Assembly: GCA_963703095.1 (NCBI GenBank)
Contig: OY969787.1
Span: 2,625,510 to 2,689,509, forward strand
Length of the DNA stretch: 64,000 nucleotides
Reading direction: 5' to 3'
Origin: an uncultured Actinomycetes bacterium
GTDB taxonomy: Bacteria > Actinomycetota > Thermoleophilia > Gaiellales > Gaiellaceae
Shown piece by piece: positions 47,736-57,855 of this stretch (the first letter of the stretch is position 1; each line of letters starts with the position of its first letter). Below the pieces are notes generated by a model. The model was not told where the DNA came from. It did not search any database and saw only the letters and a list, made by a program, of their open reading frames with translations. Both the position numbers and the translations under genes were made by a program.

Positions 47736-48916
47736 GCGACCGTCTCCGGCAGGCGCAGCTCGACCTCGGTCCCCTCGCCGGGCGCCGACGTGACGGTGGC
47801 GCTGCCGCCGAGCCGCTCCATGCGGGCGATCACCGACTCGCGGAGACCCGCCCGGTCCGCCCCGACGCCGTCGGCGACGAAGCCGCGCCCCGTGTCCCGC
47901 ACGAACACCGCGAGCCCTCCGTCGTCGTTCTCGGCGTACACGTCGATGCGAGCGGCGTCGGCGTGCTTGGCGGCGTTGACGACGGCCTCCCGGACCGCGC
48001 CCATCGCCTCGGTGACCCGCTCGGTCGCGGGTGCCTCACCGCCCACGACGACCAGCTCGACCGGGACGCCGTGCAGCTGCTCGACCTCGACGCAGACCGC
48101 CTCGAGCGCGGCGCGCACCGTCCCACCGCGCCGATCCGCGTCCGCGCCGTAGAGCCAGGCGCGCAGCTCGCGCTCCTGACGGCGCGCGAGCGCCGCGGTC
48201 CGGGCCGGATCGCCCGACGAGCGCTGGATGAGCGCCAGGGTCTGCAGCACCGAGTCGTGGAGGTGCGCGGCGACCCGCGCCCGCTCCTCCGAGCGGATGC
48301 GCTCCCGGCGCTCGGCGGCCAGATCGCGGACGAGGCCGCCGATGGCCGGCGCCGCCACGAGCGCGAGCCCGCCGACCACGGCGGCGGTGAGCAGCACCGC
48401 ATCCCTCGCCGCGGCGACGTCGACGTTGAGCGCGATCAGCCCGGCCAGGCCGATCCCCGCGACGACGAGGCCGACGGCGATCCTGCCGGTCGTGCCGCGG
48501 TCGGTGACCAGCGTCCCGAGGCCGACGCGATGCCACGCGACGAGCAGTCCGAGCCCGACGAAGGAGAGCGGCACCGAGACGGACGGGTCGAAGCCCAGAC
48601 CGAGCCCCTCCACCCCGAGCAGGAGCCCGACGGTGAGGAGCGCGGTGGCGAGCACGCGGTCGGGCGGCCCGAGCCCCTCCTCGGGCGCGACCGACGCGGT
48701 GGGACGGCCCGTCCAGAACATGAGACCCCACGCGGCGAGGTAGAGGACGATCCCGATCCCACCGGCCGCGGCGAGCGCGACGAAGCCTGCCCTGACGACG
48801 ATGGGCGCGACGCCGACACCGTCCGCGATCCCGGCGGCGACGCCCGCAAGCAGCCGCCGCTCCCGGTCGAGCGCCGGCACGTGGTCGAGCGCGGTGGGAC
48901 GGGCGGCTGTCTCCAC
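47732..48916 (-). CDS. PspC-domain-containing sensor histidine kinase (HisKA_3 type)
   Basis: The N-terminus has a PspC motif (RLLAGVAAGIADGVGVAPIVVRAGFVALAAAGGIGIVLYLAAW) and TM segments. It also has an H-box (AAHLHDSVLQTL) and an HATPase_c domain. It overlaps the regulator gene by 4 nt. Confidence 0.85.
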   Translation of the reverse strand: METAARPTALDHVPALDRERRLLAGVAAGIADGVGVAPIVVRAGFVALAAAGGIGIVLYLAAWGLMFWTGRPTASVAPEEGLGPPDRVLATALLTVGLLLGVEGLGLGFDPSVSVPLSFVGLGLLVAWHRVGLGTLVTDRGTTGRIAVGLVVAGIGLAGLIALNVDVAAARDAVLLTAAVVGGLALVAAPAIGGLVRDLAAERRERIRSEERARVAAHLHDSVLQTLALIQRSSGDPARTAALARRQERELRAWLYGADADRRGGTVRAALEAVCVEVEQLHGVPVELVVVGGEAPATERVTEAMGAVREAVVNAAKHADAARIDVYAENDDGGLAVFVRDTGRGFVADGVGADRAGLRESVIARMERLGGSATVTSAPGEGTEVELRLPETVA

Positions 48917-49003
48917 GGCATGATCATTCCAGCGGACGCGCGCGGCGGCGCTCGGGGCTCACCCTGAGACGACCCTGACAGCCTCGGGGGAGAGCCACGA
49001 GAA

Positions 49004-50233
49004 TTGCCGATGGCGACCGAGCCCCGGGAGCGCAACGATCGAGGCATGACACATACGACGACATCCGAGATGCCCCCCGGCGGGGCGGACACGGGCCCGA
49101 GGCGGCTCGTGCGGACGCCGGACGGGAAGATCGCCGGGGTCGCGGCCGGGATCGGCCACTACCTCGGCGTCGACCCCACGATCGTGCGGATCTCGTTCAT
49201 CCTCCTCGCGTTCGCGGGAGGGATCGGGATCCTCCTCTACCTCGCCTGCTGGCTCGTGATGCCGAAGGGCGAGATCACCGCGGGCGGCGACGCCCGCGGT
49301 GTCGACCCGTGGACCGTGGGCGCGCTGGTCGCCCTCGTGCTCGGCATCGGGCTCTTGTTCGGCTGGCACGGCCTCGGCGACGGCGTCCAGGTCGCCGCGG
49401 GCCTTGGCCTCGTCGGTCTCGGGATCTGGCTGCTCGTGCGGGACAGCCCACCCGACGACGCACCACGTGCGTCTGTCGCAGCGCCGCACTCGCCCGCGCC
49501 CTTCGCCCCACCGCCCGCCGCGTCGACCGCCGCGCCGGCCGACGTGGCCGGATCGCGACCGGGCGCGGAGGACGAGGAGCCGCCGGCCCCTGCCAGCGAG
49601 GACACGGGTGCGGCTCCGGCCGCACCCGATCGACGGCGCGGCCTGGTCACGGCCGGTGTGCTGAGCCTTCTCTCGATCGGCACCGCGCTCGTGATCGCGG
49701 GCACCCTCTCCGGCTGGTTCGACGCGTCGGCGAGCGTCGTGCTGGCGGCGGCGCTGGTCGTGGTCGGAGCCGGGCTCGTCCTCGCCTCCGTGGTCGGACG
49801 GGCGCCCTGGCTGTTCGTCGTGGGCGCGCTCCTGACCTGCGCGCTGCTCGCGACCGCTGCGGTCGAGCCGCTCGTCGACGACGGGATCGGCGAGAAGACG
49901 GTCGCCCCGGCGGGACTGGCCGAGCTGGAGTCGCGCTACGCGTACGGGATCGGGGACTACACGCTCGACCTCCGTGACGTCGCGCTCGAAGGCGAGACCC
50001 GGCGCGTCGAGGTCGAGCTCGGGATCGGCGCGCTGACCGTGCTCGTGCCGGGCGACGTCGCCCTCGTCGTCGACGCGCACGTCGACGGCGGCGAGCTCAG
50101 GCTTCCCGATGGCAGCTCCGTGGACGGCTGGGACGAGCGCGCCCGCTACGCGGTCGGCGCCACGACCGACGGGGCGCTCGTGATCGACCTCGAGCTGGGC
50201 TTCGGACAGGCGGAGGTGCGACATGGAGGGTGA
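49004..50233 (+). CDS. PspC domain membrane protein with LiaF-like C-terminal domain
   Basis: It has a PspC motif (KIAGVAAGIGHYLGVDPTIVRISFILLAFAGGIGILLYLACW) and a Pro/Ala-rich linker. TM segments and a beta-rich C-terminus follow. The start is uncertain: TTG 49004, ATG 49010 or ATG 49046. Confidence 0.8.
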   Translation: MPMATEPRERNDRGMTHTTTSEMPPGGADTGPRRLVRTPDGKIAGVAAGIGHYLGVDPTIVRISFILLAFAGGIGILLYLACWLVMPKGEITAGGDARGVDPWTVGALVALVLGIGLLFGWHGLGDGVQVAAGLGLVGLGIWLLVRDSPPDDAPRASVAAPHSPAPFAPPPAASTAAPADVAGSRPGAEDEEPPAPASEDTGAAPAAPDRRRGLVTAGVLSLLSIGTALVIAGTLSGWFDASASVVLAAALVVVGAGLVLASVVGRAPWLFVVGALLTCALLATAAVEPLVDDGIGEKTVAPAGLAELESRYAYGIGDYTLDLRDVALEGETRRVEVELGIGALTVLVPGDVALVVDAHVDGGELRLPDGSSVDGWDERARYAVGATTDGALVIDLELGFGQAEVRHGG

Positions 50234-50408
50234 GCGGAGCATCGGCTTCGGCCATCTGGCCTTCGGGATCGCGTTCGCCGCGATCGGCGTCACGTGGCTC
50301 CTGCGCGAGGCGGGACTGGGCGTGGACGCTGCGTGGCTGACCGCGGTGGCGGCGCTGGCGCTCGGAGCAGCGGGCCTCGTCACGACGCTCGCGCGGCTCG
50401 CCCGCTGA
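50223..50408 (+). CDS. small two-TM membrane protein
   Basis: This 61-aa hydrophobic ORF overlaps the preceding stop by 11 nt. It is supported by position and hydrophobicity only. Confidence 0.4.
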   Translation: MEGERSIGFGHLAFGIAFAAIGVTWLLREAGLGVDAAWLTAVAALALGAAGLVTTLARLAR

Positions 50409-50481
50409 GCCCGACCGGCGTCGTTCGACGGAGGCGTCGCACCGAGCGGCGCCTCCCCGTCGTCCGGGATAGCATCGCCCG

Positions 50482-51642
50482 GTGGACTTCCGAGACGCGC
50501 CGGAGGAGGCCGCCTTCCGCGCCGAGCTGCGACGGTGGCTCGAGGAGAGCGTCCCGCCCGGTCTCCGGCACCGCGATCCCCTCGTCGCCGCGGCCGACCT
50601 CGACGAGCTGCGCGCCTGGAGCCGGTCGCTGCACCGGGCCGGCTACGCAGGAGTCGGCTGGCCGGTCGAGCACGGCGGGCGAGGGCTGGCCCCGCTCTAC
50701 GAGGCCATCGCCCAGGAGGAGCTCGTCCGCGCCGGAGCGCCGCCGCACGTCGGCGTGATCGGCCTGGGGATGGCGGGGCCGACGATCATCGCGCACGGCA
50801 CCGACGAGCAGCGCGACCGCTACCTCTCCCCGATCCTGGCAGCCGACGAGATCTGGTGCCAGGGCTTCTCGGAGCCCGAGGCCGGCTCCGACCTCTCCGC
50901 GCTCCGCGCGCGGGCGCGCAGCCAGGACGACGTGCTCGTCGTGGACGGGCAGAAGGTCTGGTCGTCGTTCGCGCACGTCGCCGACCGCTGCCTCCTGCTC
51001 GTCCGCACCGACACGGACGCCACCGGACACGAGGGGCTCACCATGCTCCTCGTCGACATGCGAGCGCCGGGTGTGGAGGTCAGGCCGCTGCGGCAGCTGA
51101 CGGGCGCTGCGGAGTTCAACGAGATCTTCTTCGACGGCGTGGAGGTGCCTCGCTCGGACGTCCTGGGCGAGGTCGGGGACGGCTGGCGCATCGCGATGAC
51201 CACACTCCTGCACGAGCGCGGCACTCTCGGCGTCGCCCTCGTGGCACGACTCGACGCGCAGGTGAGGCGGCTGCTCGAGCTGGCACGCGACCGCGGCGCG
51301 ACCGCCCTCCAGCGCGACGCGATCGCCCGCGAGTGGATCGACCTCCAGGCGCTCCGGATCACCGCGTACCGCTCGCTCGCGGGACTCGCTCGCTCGGGCG
51401 CCCCCGGCCCCGAGGGCTCGGTCCTCAAGCTGCGGTGGTCGGAGGCCAACCAGCGCGTCACGTCGATCGCGCTCGAGCTGCTCGGATCGGACGCGCAGCT
51501 GCTGGCGCCGAACGCCCCCTACGGCGGCGCGTGGCCGCTCCAGCAGCTGCGCAGCAGGGGCAACACCATCGAGGCGGGGACGTCGGAGATCCTCCGCAGC
51601 ATCGTCGCCGAGCGCATCCTCGGCCTGCCGCGCTCGCGCTGA
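50482..51642 (+). CDS. acyl-CoA dehydrogenase
   Basis: The translation shows ..GYAGVGWPVEHGGRG...WCQGFSEPEAGSDLSAL...GQKVWSS... It is 386 aa with a GTG start. Confidence 0.9.
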   Translation: MDFRDAPEEAAFRAELRRWLEESVPPGLRHRDPLVAAADLDELRAWSRSLHRAGYAGVGWPVEHGGRGLAPLYEAIAQEELVRAGAPPHVGVIGLGMAGPTIIAHGTDEQRDRYLSPILAADEIWCQGFSEPEAGSDLSALRARARSQDDVLVVDGQKVWSSFAHVADRCLLLVRTDTDATGHEGLTMLLVDMRAPGVEVRPLRQLTGAAEFNEIFFDGVEVPRSDVLGEVGDGWRIAMTTLLHERGTLGVALVARLDAQVRRLLELARDRGATALQRDAIAREWIDLQALRITAYRSLAGLARSGAPGPEGSVLKLRWSEANQRVTSIALELLGSDAQLLAPNAPYGGAWPLQQLRSRGNTIEAGTSEILRSIVAERILGLPRSR

Positions 51643-52581
51643 TGGACATCGCGCCGACTCCGCTGCAGGAGGAGCTCCGCGCGCAGGCGAGGAGCGTCCT
51701 CGAGCGCGCGGCCAGGCCCGCCTGGACGGAGCTCGCCGCCCTCGGCTGGACGGGGGTGTCGCTGCCCGAGGAGGTCGGCGGCGCAGGCCTGGCCTTCACG
51801 GAGGAGGCGGTGCTGCACGAGCAGAGCGGACGTGCCCTGCTCCACGCGCCGTTCTGGTCGACGAGCTCGCTGGCGCCGTTCCTGCCGCCGGGCGAGCAAG
51901 AGGCGATCGCAGCCGGGGCGGACAGCTGGGTGCTGGCGGCGGCGCCCCTCGTGCCGGACCTCGACGCCGTCACCCGGATCGCCGTCGTCGGCGGCGACAC
52001 GATCTGGGAGCTCGTCGGCGCCGAGCGCGAGCTGCTCGCCACGAGCGACCCGACCCGACCGCTGGGGGTGGTGCTGGGCGGCGAGGCGGCACGGCCGCTC
52101 TGCCCCTCGGACGCGCTGCCGGCGATCCGCGCTCGCTCGCTCGCCGCTCTCGCCTGCGAGGCGATCGGCGTCGGCGACCGCGCGCTCGAGCTCGCGGTCG
52201 CCCACGCGCGCGAGCGCGTCCAGTTCGGCCGACGGATCGGGGCCTACCAGGCGGTCGCGCATCCTCTCGCCGACGTCTACGTCGAGCTGGAGCTGGCCCG
52301 GTCGCTCGCCTGGTGGGCGGCCTGGAGCATCGGCGGTGGACGACCCCGGCGCCGCGGTCGCTGCCGCGTCAGCCAAGGCGACGGCTGCCGACGCCGCCGT
52401 GGCGAGCTGCGAGCGGGCGATCCAGACCCTCGGCGGGAGCGGCTTCACGTGGGAGAGCCCGCTCAACGGCCTGTATCGCCGGGCGCTCGGGATCCGGTCG
52501 TGGGAGGCGTCCGGCGCAACGCTGCGCGCCGAGGTGGCGCTCCACGTGATCGACCAAGGAGGGACGTCGTGGACGGACTGA
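51642..52581 (+). pseudogene. acyl-CoA dehydrogenase family protein (partner subunit type), frame broken by one extra nucleotide near 52332-52336
   Basis: MDIAPTPLQEELRAQ...RERVQFGRRIGAYQAVAHPLADVYVELELARSLAWWAAWSIG is in one frame. VDDPGAAVAAASAKATAADAAVASCERAIQTLGGSGFTWESPL... continues in the next frame. The span is 940 nt, which is 3n+1. The start overlaps the upstream stop as TGATG. Confidence 0.8.
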
Positions 52582-54153
52582 TGATGGACTACTCGCTGAA
52601 CGTGCCGGCGATCCTCCGCAGAGCGGAGCAGATCTTCGGCCACGTCGCGATCGTGTCGCGCCAGCCCGATCGCAGCCTGCACCGGACCACGAACGCGGAG
52701 CTCGCGAGCCGCTCACGCCGGCTCGGCGTCGCGCTCGCCGGGCTCGGGCTCGCAGAGGGCGACCGCGTCGCGACGCTGATGTGGAACCAGCACGAGCACC
52801 TGGAGGTCTACTTCGGCGCACCGACGGCAGGGTTCGTCACGCACACGCTCAACCCCAGGCTCCACCCGGACGAGAACGCGTACATCGCCACCCACGCCGA
52901 CGACCGGGTGCTCGTCGTCGACAAGACGCTCTGGCCGGCCGCCGAGCCGTTCCTCGAGCGGGCACCGTTCGCCCATGTCGTCGCGGTCGGTCAGGGCGAG
53001 ACCCCGCCCGGGGCGGTCGAGTACGAGGAGCTGATCGCGGAGGCGGACGAGGGCGCGTCCGTCGAGCGCGACCCGGACGAGCGGCAGGCGGCGATGATGT
53101 GCTTCACGAGCGGGACGACGGGCAGGCCCAAGGGCGTCCTCTACTCCCACCGCGCGGTCGCGATCCACGCGCTGACGCTGACCGCCTGCCTGCACCTGAC
53201 GCGGGACGACGTCGTGCTCCCGGTGGTGCCGATGTTCCACGTGAACGCGTGGTGCTTCCCCTTCGCGAACGCCCTGTTCGGGGTCGAGCAGGTGCTGCCG
53301 GGCCCGCACCTCGATCCGCAGAGCCTGCTGGAGCTGTTCGCGGGCGAGCGCGTCACGGTCGCGGCAGGAGTCCCGACGATCTGGATGGGGATCCTCGCAG
53401 GCGCTCGACGCGAGCCCCGGCGCGTGGGACCTCTCGTCGATGCGCACCATGGTGATCGGCGGCGCCGCGCCCCCGCTCGCGATGATCCAGGCCTTCCAGG
53501 AGCGGCACGGGCTGCACGTCACCCACGGCTGGGGGATGACGGAGATGTCTCCGGTCGGGACGGTCTCGGGCGCGCCCGGACAGGATCAGGAGCCGGAGCG
53601 CCGCGCACAGCAGGGGCCGCCGATCCCGTTCGTCGAGGTCAGAGCCCGTGGCGGAGACGGCCTCGTCCCGTGGGACGGCGAGGCGATGGGCGAGCTCGAG
53701 GTGCGCGGGCCGTCGATCGCGTCCGCGTACTACGAGGCGCCCGAGGCGGCCGACCGCTGGACGGACGACGGCTGGTTCTGCACCGGAGACATCGTCACGA
53801 TCGGCCCCGACGGGTACGTGACGATCCAGGATCGCGCAAAGGACCTCGTGAAGTCCGGCGGTGAGTGGATCTCGTCCGTCGCCCTCGAGAACGCGCTGAT
53901 GGGCCACCCTGCCGTCGCCGAGGCGGCGGTGATCGCGATTCCCGACGAGACCTGGTCGGAGCGCCCGCTGGCCGTCGTCGTGCTGCGCGAGGGCTCGGCG
54001 GCCACGGCGGACGAGCTCCGGGCGTTCCTCGAGCCACAGGTCGCGCGCTTCTGGCTGCCCGACCGGTTCGAGTTCGTCGACGAGATCCCGAAGACCGCAG
54101 TGGGCAAGTTCCGCAAGACGGCGCTGCGCGAGCGGTTCGCACCGACGACCTGA
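52581..54153 (+). pseudogene. AMP-dependent fatty-acid--CoA ligase, frame broken by one extra nucleotide near 53397-53401
   Basis: The N-terminal part (MMDYSLNVPAIL...FTSGTTGRPKGVLYSH...GVPTIWMGILA) and the C-terminal part (ALDASPGAWDLSSMRTMVIGGAAPP...GWGMTE...TGDIV...KSGGEWISS...PKTAVGKFRK) are in different frames. The span is 1573 nt, which is 3n+1. Confidence 0.88.
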
Positions 54154-54169
54154 CGACGAGAGGAGACCC

Positions 54170-54967
54170 GTGGGAGCATTCGTCTCGACCGAGCGCCGCA
54201 ACGCCGTGGCGCTCGTGACCATCGACAACCCGCCCGTGAACGCGCTCTCGGCGGCGCTGCTCGCCGAGCTGCAAGAGGCCGTCGAGGAGCTGGATGGGGA
54301 CGACGCCGTCCGGGCGATCGTGCTCACCGGCGGCGGAGAGCGCGCCTTCGTCGCCGGCGCGGACATCAAGGAGTTCCCGGCCCTGCGGGAGGACGTCGAC
54401 GGTGGGCCGGCACGAGCGCTCGTCCGGCTCGGGCTGCGGATCGAGGCAGGGCGCACCCCGGTGATCGCCGCGATCCGCGGCTACTGCCTCGGCGGCGGGC
54501 TCGAGCTCGCGCTGTGCTGCGACCTGCGCGTCTGCGCCGACGACGCACGACTCGGACAGCCCGAGATCAAGCTCGGCCTGATCCCCGGCGCCGGGGGCAC
54601 CCAGCGGCTGCCGCGCCTCGTCGGCATCGGACGCGCCATGCTCCTCAACCTGACCGGGGAGCCCGTCGACGCCGCAACCGCCGAGCGATGGGGGCTCGTC
54701 GAGCGGGTCGTGCCCGCGGACGCGCTGCTCGAGGAAGCGCTGGGCCTCGCCGCGGACATCGCGGCACAGTCGCCGCACGCGGTCGGCGTGCTGCGCGAGC
54801 TGGCGCGCACCACTCGCGATCTCCCGCTCGAGGAGGGCCTGCGGCTCGAGGGCGACGCGTTCCTGCGCTGCATCCGCTCCGACGACGGCGCCGAGGGCAT
54901 CGCGGCCTTCCTCGAGAAGCGGCAGCCGCGCTTCGGCGCCGCGGGGGACGCGCCGGCGCCCCAGTAG
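54170..54967 (+). CDS. enoyl-CoA hydratase/isomerase family protein
   Basis: The translation shows VALVTIDNPPVNAL...AIVLTGGGERAFVAGADIKEF...AAIRGYCLGGGLELALCCD. Confidence 0.9.
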   Translation: MGAFVSTERRNAVALVTIDNPPVNALSAALLAELQEAVEELDGDDAVRAIVLTGGGERAFVAGADIKEFPALREDVDGGPARALVRLGLRIEAGRTPVIAAIRGYCLGGGLELALCCDLRVCADDARLGQPEIKLGLIPGAGGTQRLPRLVGIGRAMLLNLTGEPVDAATAERWGLVERVVPADALLEEALGLAADIAAQSPHAVGVLRELARTTRDLPLEEGLRLEGDAFLRCIRSDDGAEGIAAFLEKRQPRFGAAGDAPAPQ

Positions 54968-54976
54968 GATCGACGC

Positions 54977-55999
54977 GTGCGTCTCGGACTCCAGCTCGGC
55001 TACGACGATCCCGTCGCCGCGGTCGCGCTCGCGGAGGAGGCCGACCGGCTCGGGTTCGACTCGGTGTGGAGCTCGGAGGCATACGGGAGCGACGCCGTCA
55101 CGCCGCTCGCGTGGATCGCCGCGCGCACCACGACCGTACGGCTCGGGAGCGCGATCATGCAGATGCCCGCGCGCACGCCCGCGACGACGGCGGCGACCAT
55201 CGCCACCCTCGACCTGCTGTCGGGAGGCCGGGCGGTGCTCGGGCTCGGCACCTCGGGCCCGCAGGTCGCCGAGGGCTGGCACGGGCAGCCGTGGGGTCGG
55301 CCGCTCGTCCGGACGCGCGAGTACGTCGACATCGTGCGCCGCGTCCTGCTGCGGGAGGAGCCCCTCGAGCACCACGGTGCGCACTACGACATCCCCTACT
55401 CGGGGCCCGACGCGACCGGGCTCGGCAAGCCGTTGAAGCTGATCCTGCGACCGCTGCGGCGCGAGGTGCCCGTGTACCTCGCGGCGATCGGCCCGCGCAA
55501 CGTCGCGCTCGCTGCCGAGATCGCCGACGGCTGGCTGCCGATCTTCTTCTCGCCCGAGCGGTTCGCCGAGGTGCACGCGCCGTCGCTCGCGGAGGGGTTC
55601 GCCACGCGAGGAGGCCGCCCGGAGCACTGGGATCTCGCACCGCTCGTGCCGGTCGTGGTCGCGGACGACGTCGAGGCGGCGCGGTCCTTCCTGAAGCCGC
55701 TGCTCGCGCTGTACGTGGGCGGCATGGGTGCGCGCGGCCAGAACTTCTACGCGAGGCTCGCGTGCCGCTACGGGTTCGAGGCGGAGGCGGCGGCGGTGCA
55801 GGACGCGTACCTCGGGGGCCGCAAGGAGGAGGCGGCCGCGCTCGTCCCCGACGCGCTCGTCGACGAGGTCGCGCTCGTCGGCGACCGGGCCCGCATCGCC
55901 GATCGGCTCGACGCCTGGCGCGCCTGCGGCACGACCACGCTCGTCCTGCAGGCACGCCAGCCCGAGGCCTTGCAGCTGCTGGCCGAGCTGGTGCTCTAG
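54977..55999 (+). CDS. LLM-class F420-dependent oxidoreductase
   Basis: It has a luciferase-like pattern (MRLGLQLGY...[49 protein letters not shown]...[15 protein letters not shown]). Confidence 0.85.
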   Translation: MRLGLQLGYDDPVAAVALAEEADRLGFDSVWSSEAYGSDAVTPLAWIAARTTTVRLGSAIMQMPARTPATTAATIATLDLLSGGRAVLGLGTSGPQVAEGWHGQPWGRPLVRTREYVDIVRRVLLREEPLEHHGAHYDIPYSGPDATGLGKPLKLILRPLRREVPVYLAAIGPRNVALAAEIADGWLPIFFSPERFAEVHAPSLAEGFATRGGRPEHWDLAPLVPVVVADDVEAARSFLKPLLALYVGGMGARGQNFYARLACRYGFEAEAAAVQDAYLGGRKEEAAALVPDALVDEVALVGDRARIADRLDAWRACGTTTLVLQARQPEALQLLAELVL

Positions 56000-57789
56000 G
56001 CCAACCCCAGCTCCTGCGCCAACCGCTCCGCCTCGTCGAGCTCGGCGGCGAGGGCGTCGATCCCGCTCGACCAGATCGCAGGGTCGGACAGGTCGAGGCC
56101 CACCATCTGCGCGAGCTCCTCCGGCGAGCGGGAGCCGCCGGCGCGCAGCAGGTCGAGGTACGGCTCGACCATGGCGTCGCCCTCGGCCACGTAGCGACGG
56201 TAGATCGCCAGCGCGAAGAGGTACCCGTAGGCATACGCGTAGACGTACCCTGGCACCCCGGTGAAGTGGTGGACGTAGCTCCACCAGGGCGTGTAGCCGT
56301 CCACCCCGACGGAGTCGCCGAAGAGCGCGGTCTGCGCCTCGATCCAGAGCTCGCCCAGCCGGTCCTGCGACAGCTCGCCACGCTCCCGCCGCTCCGTGTG
56401 CACCGCGTGCTCGAATCGGTTCATCGCGATCTGCCGGAACGTCGTCGCGATCGCGTCCTCGATCTGGCCGGTCAGCAGGTCGAGCCGACGACGCGGGTCG
56501 GTCTCCTCCTCGAGCAGCCGCTGGAAGGTGAGCGCCTCGCCGAAGACCGACGCCGTCTCGGCCGTGGTGAGCGGGGTGGACGCGTTGACGAGGCCGAGGG
56601 GCTGCGCGAGATACCCGTGCAGGCCGTGGCCGAGCTCGTGCGCGAGGGTGAGCACCGACCGCCGGTCACCCGTGTAGTTGAGGAGGACGTACGGGTGGAC
56701 GCCGGGGACGTTCGTCGCGCAGAACGCGCCGCCGCGCTTGTCGGGGCGGGGCGGCGCGTCGATCCAGCCCTCGTCGAAGAAGCGCGCGACCACGTCGCCG
56801 GCCAGCGGCGAGAACGCCTCGTACGCCTCGACCACCAGGGCGTGCGCGCGCGACCACTCCACCTTCGCGTCGTCGTCTGCCACGGGCGCGAACCGGTCGT
56901 AGAACTCCAGCCGCTCGAGGCCGAGCAGCCGCGCCTTGAGCCGGTAGTAGCGCTGGGGAACGTCGTAGCGCGCGGTCGCCGCCTCGACGAGCGCCTGCAC
57001 CGCCTCGTCCGTGGTCTCGTTCGCGAGGTTGCGCGACGTGATCCAGCTCGGGTAGCTGCGCAGGCGGTCGTCGACCGACTTGTCGAGGACGATCTGGTTG
57101 TAGATGTACGCGCGCGTGCGCAGCCCCGGCTCGAGCGCGGCGGTCACGGCCGTCGCCGCGGCCGCGCGCACGTCTCGATCCGCGGCGTAGAGCTTCGCCA
57201 TGGCGGTCTCGAGCCCGACCTGGTCGCCGTCGAGGTCGACCCGCAGCGCGCCGAGCAGCTCCTCGAACAGCCGTGACCAGGCGGAGGCCCCGCTGACGGC
57301 CTTCTCGGCGAGGACCTTCTCCTCCGGCTCGGAGAGCAGGTACGGCCGGAACTTGCGCAGCGAGCGCAGCGCATGGCGCCAGTGACCCAGAGCGTCGTCG
57401 GCGAGCAGGGCATCGGCGCTCGCGTCGTCGACCGCGGCCCACTCGAGCCCGAAGAAGAGGAGCTTGGTCTCCAGCGTCGCGCCCCGCTCCTGCAGCCGTG
57501 CGACGAGCGCGCCCCTGGCAGGGTCAGCCATGTTCGTCGAGAACACGAGATGGGCGTAGTAGATGGCGCGGGTGAACGTCGACTCGATCTGCTCGCGCTC
57601 CTCCATCGCCGTCGCGAGCTCCGCGGGCGAGAGGGCGGCGACGCGACCGTGGTAGCGCGCGCTGAACGCGTCCGCGTCCCGCTCGGCCGCAGCCACGTCG
57701 GCGTCGATGCGTGGGTCGTCGATCCCGTGGTAGAGGTCGGAGAGATCCCACGCGATCTCCTCCGCCCCGGTCTGCTCGATGGTCGTCAT
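55996..57789 (-). CDS. M3-family oligoendopeptidase (PepF-like)
   Basis: This 597-aa ORF has the zinc motif HELGHGLH. Its stop overlaps the convergent LLM gene stop (CTAG). Confidence 0.9.
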   Translation of the reverse strand: MTTIEQTGAEEIAWDLSDLYHGIDDPRIDADVAAAERDADAFSARYHGRVAALSPAELATAMEEREQIESTFTRAIYYAHLVFSTNMADPARGALVARLQERGATLETKLLFFGLEWAAVDDASADALLADDALGHWRHALRSLRKFRPYLLSEPEEKVLAEKAVSGASAWSRLFEELLGALRVDLDGDQVGLETAMAKLYAADRDVRAAAATAVTAALEPGLRTRAYIYNQIVLDKSVDDRLRSYPSWITSRNLANETTDEAVQALVEAATARYDVPQRYYRLKARLLGLERLEFYDRFAPVADDDAKVEWSRAHALVVEAYEAFSPLAGDVVARFFDEGWIDAPPRPDKRGGAFCATNVPGVHPYVLLNYTGDRRSVLTLAHELGHGLHGYLAQPLGLVNASTPLTTAETASVFGEALTFQRLLEEETDPRRRLDLLTGQIEDAIATTFRQIAMNRFEHAVHTERRERGELSQDRLGELWIEAQTALFGDSVGVDGYTPWWSYVHHFTGVPGYVYAYAYGYLFALAIYRRYVAEGDAMVEPYLDLLRAGGSRSPEELAQMVGLDLSDPAIWSSGIDALAAELDEAERLAQELGLA

Positions 57790-57855
57790 GAGGCGGAGCC
57801 TAGCGAGCGACCCGCACAGGGGGTACGACCCTGCTCGCCCTGCTGCGCGACCACG

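Noticed and set aside
50535-53864. 1109-aa ORF in the track, and similar giant ORFs (5076..7637, 14298..17609 N-terminal part, 29432..32077 N-terminal part, 31012..33099, 34194..36878, 44966..47074, 57856..60282, 6662..8530, 17219..19918)
   Set aside because: These are artefacts of stop-codon scarcity in very GC-rich DNA. They arise from off-frame or antisense reading, upstream extensions, or read-through across frameshift sites. The extra parts are Arg/Pro/Ala/Gly-rich with no motifs, and they overlap genes with clear homology-type signatures in another frame or strand.
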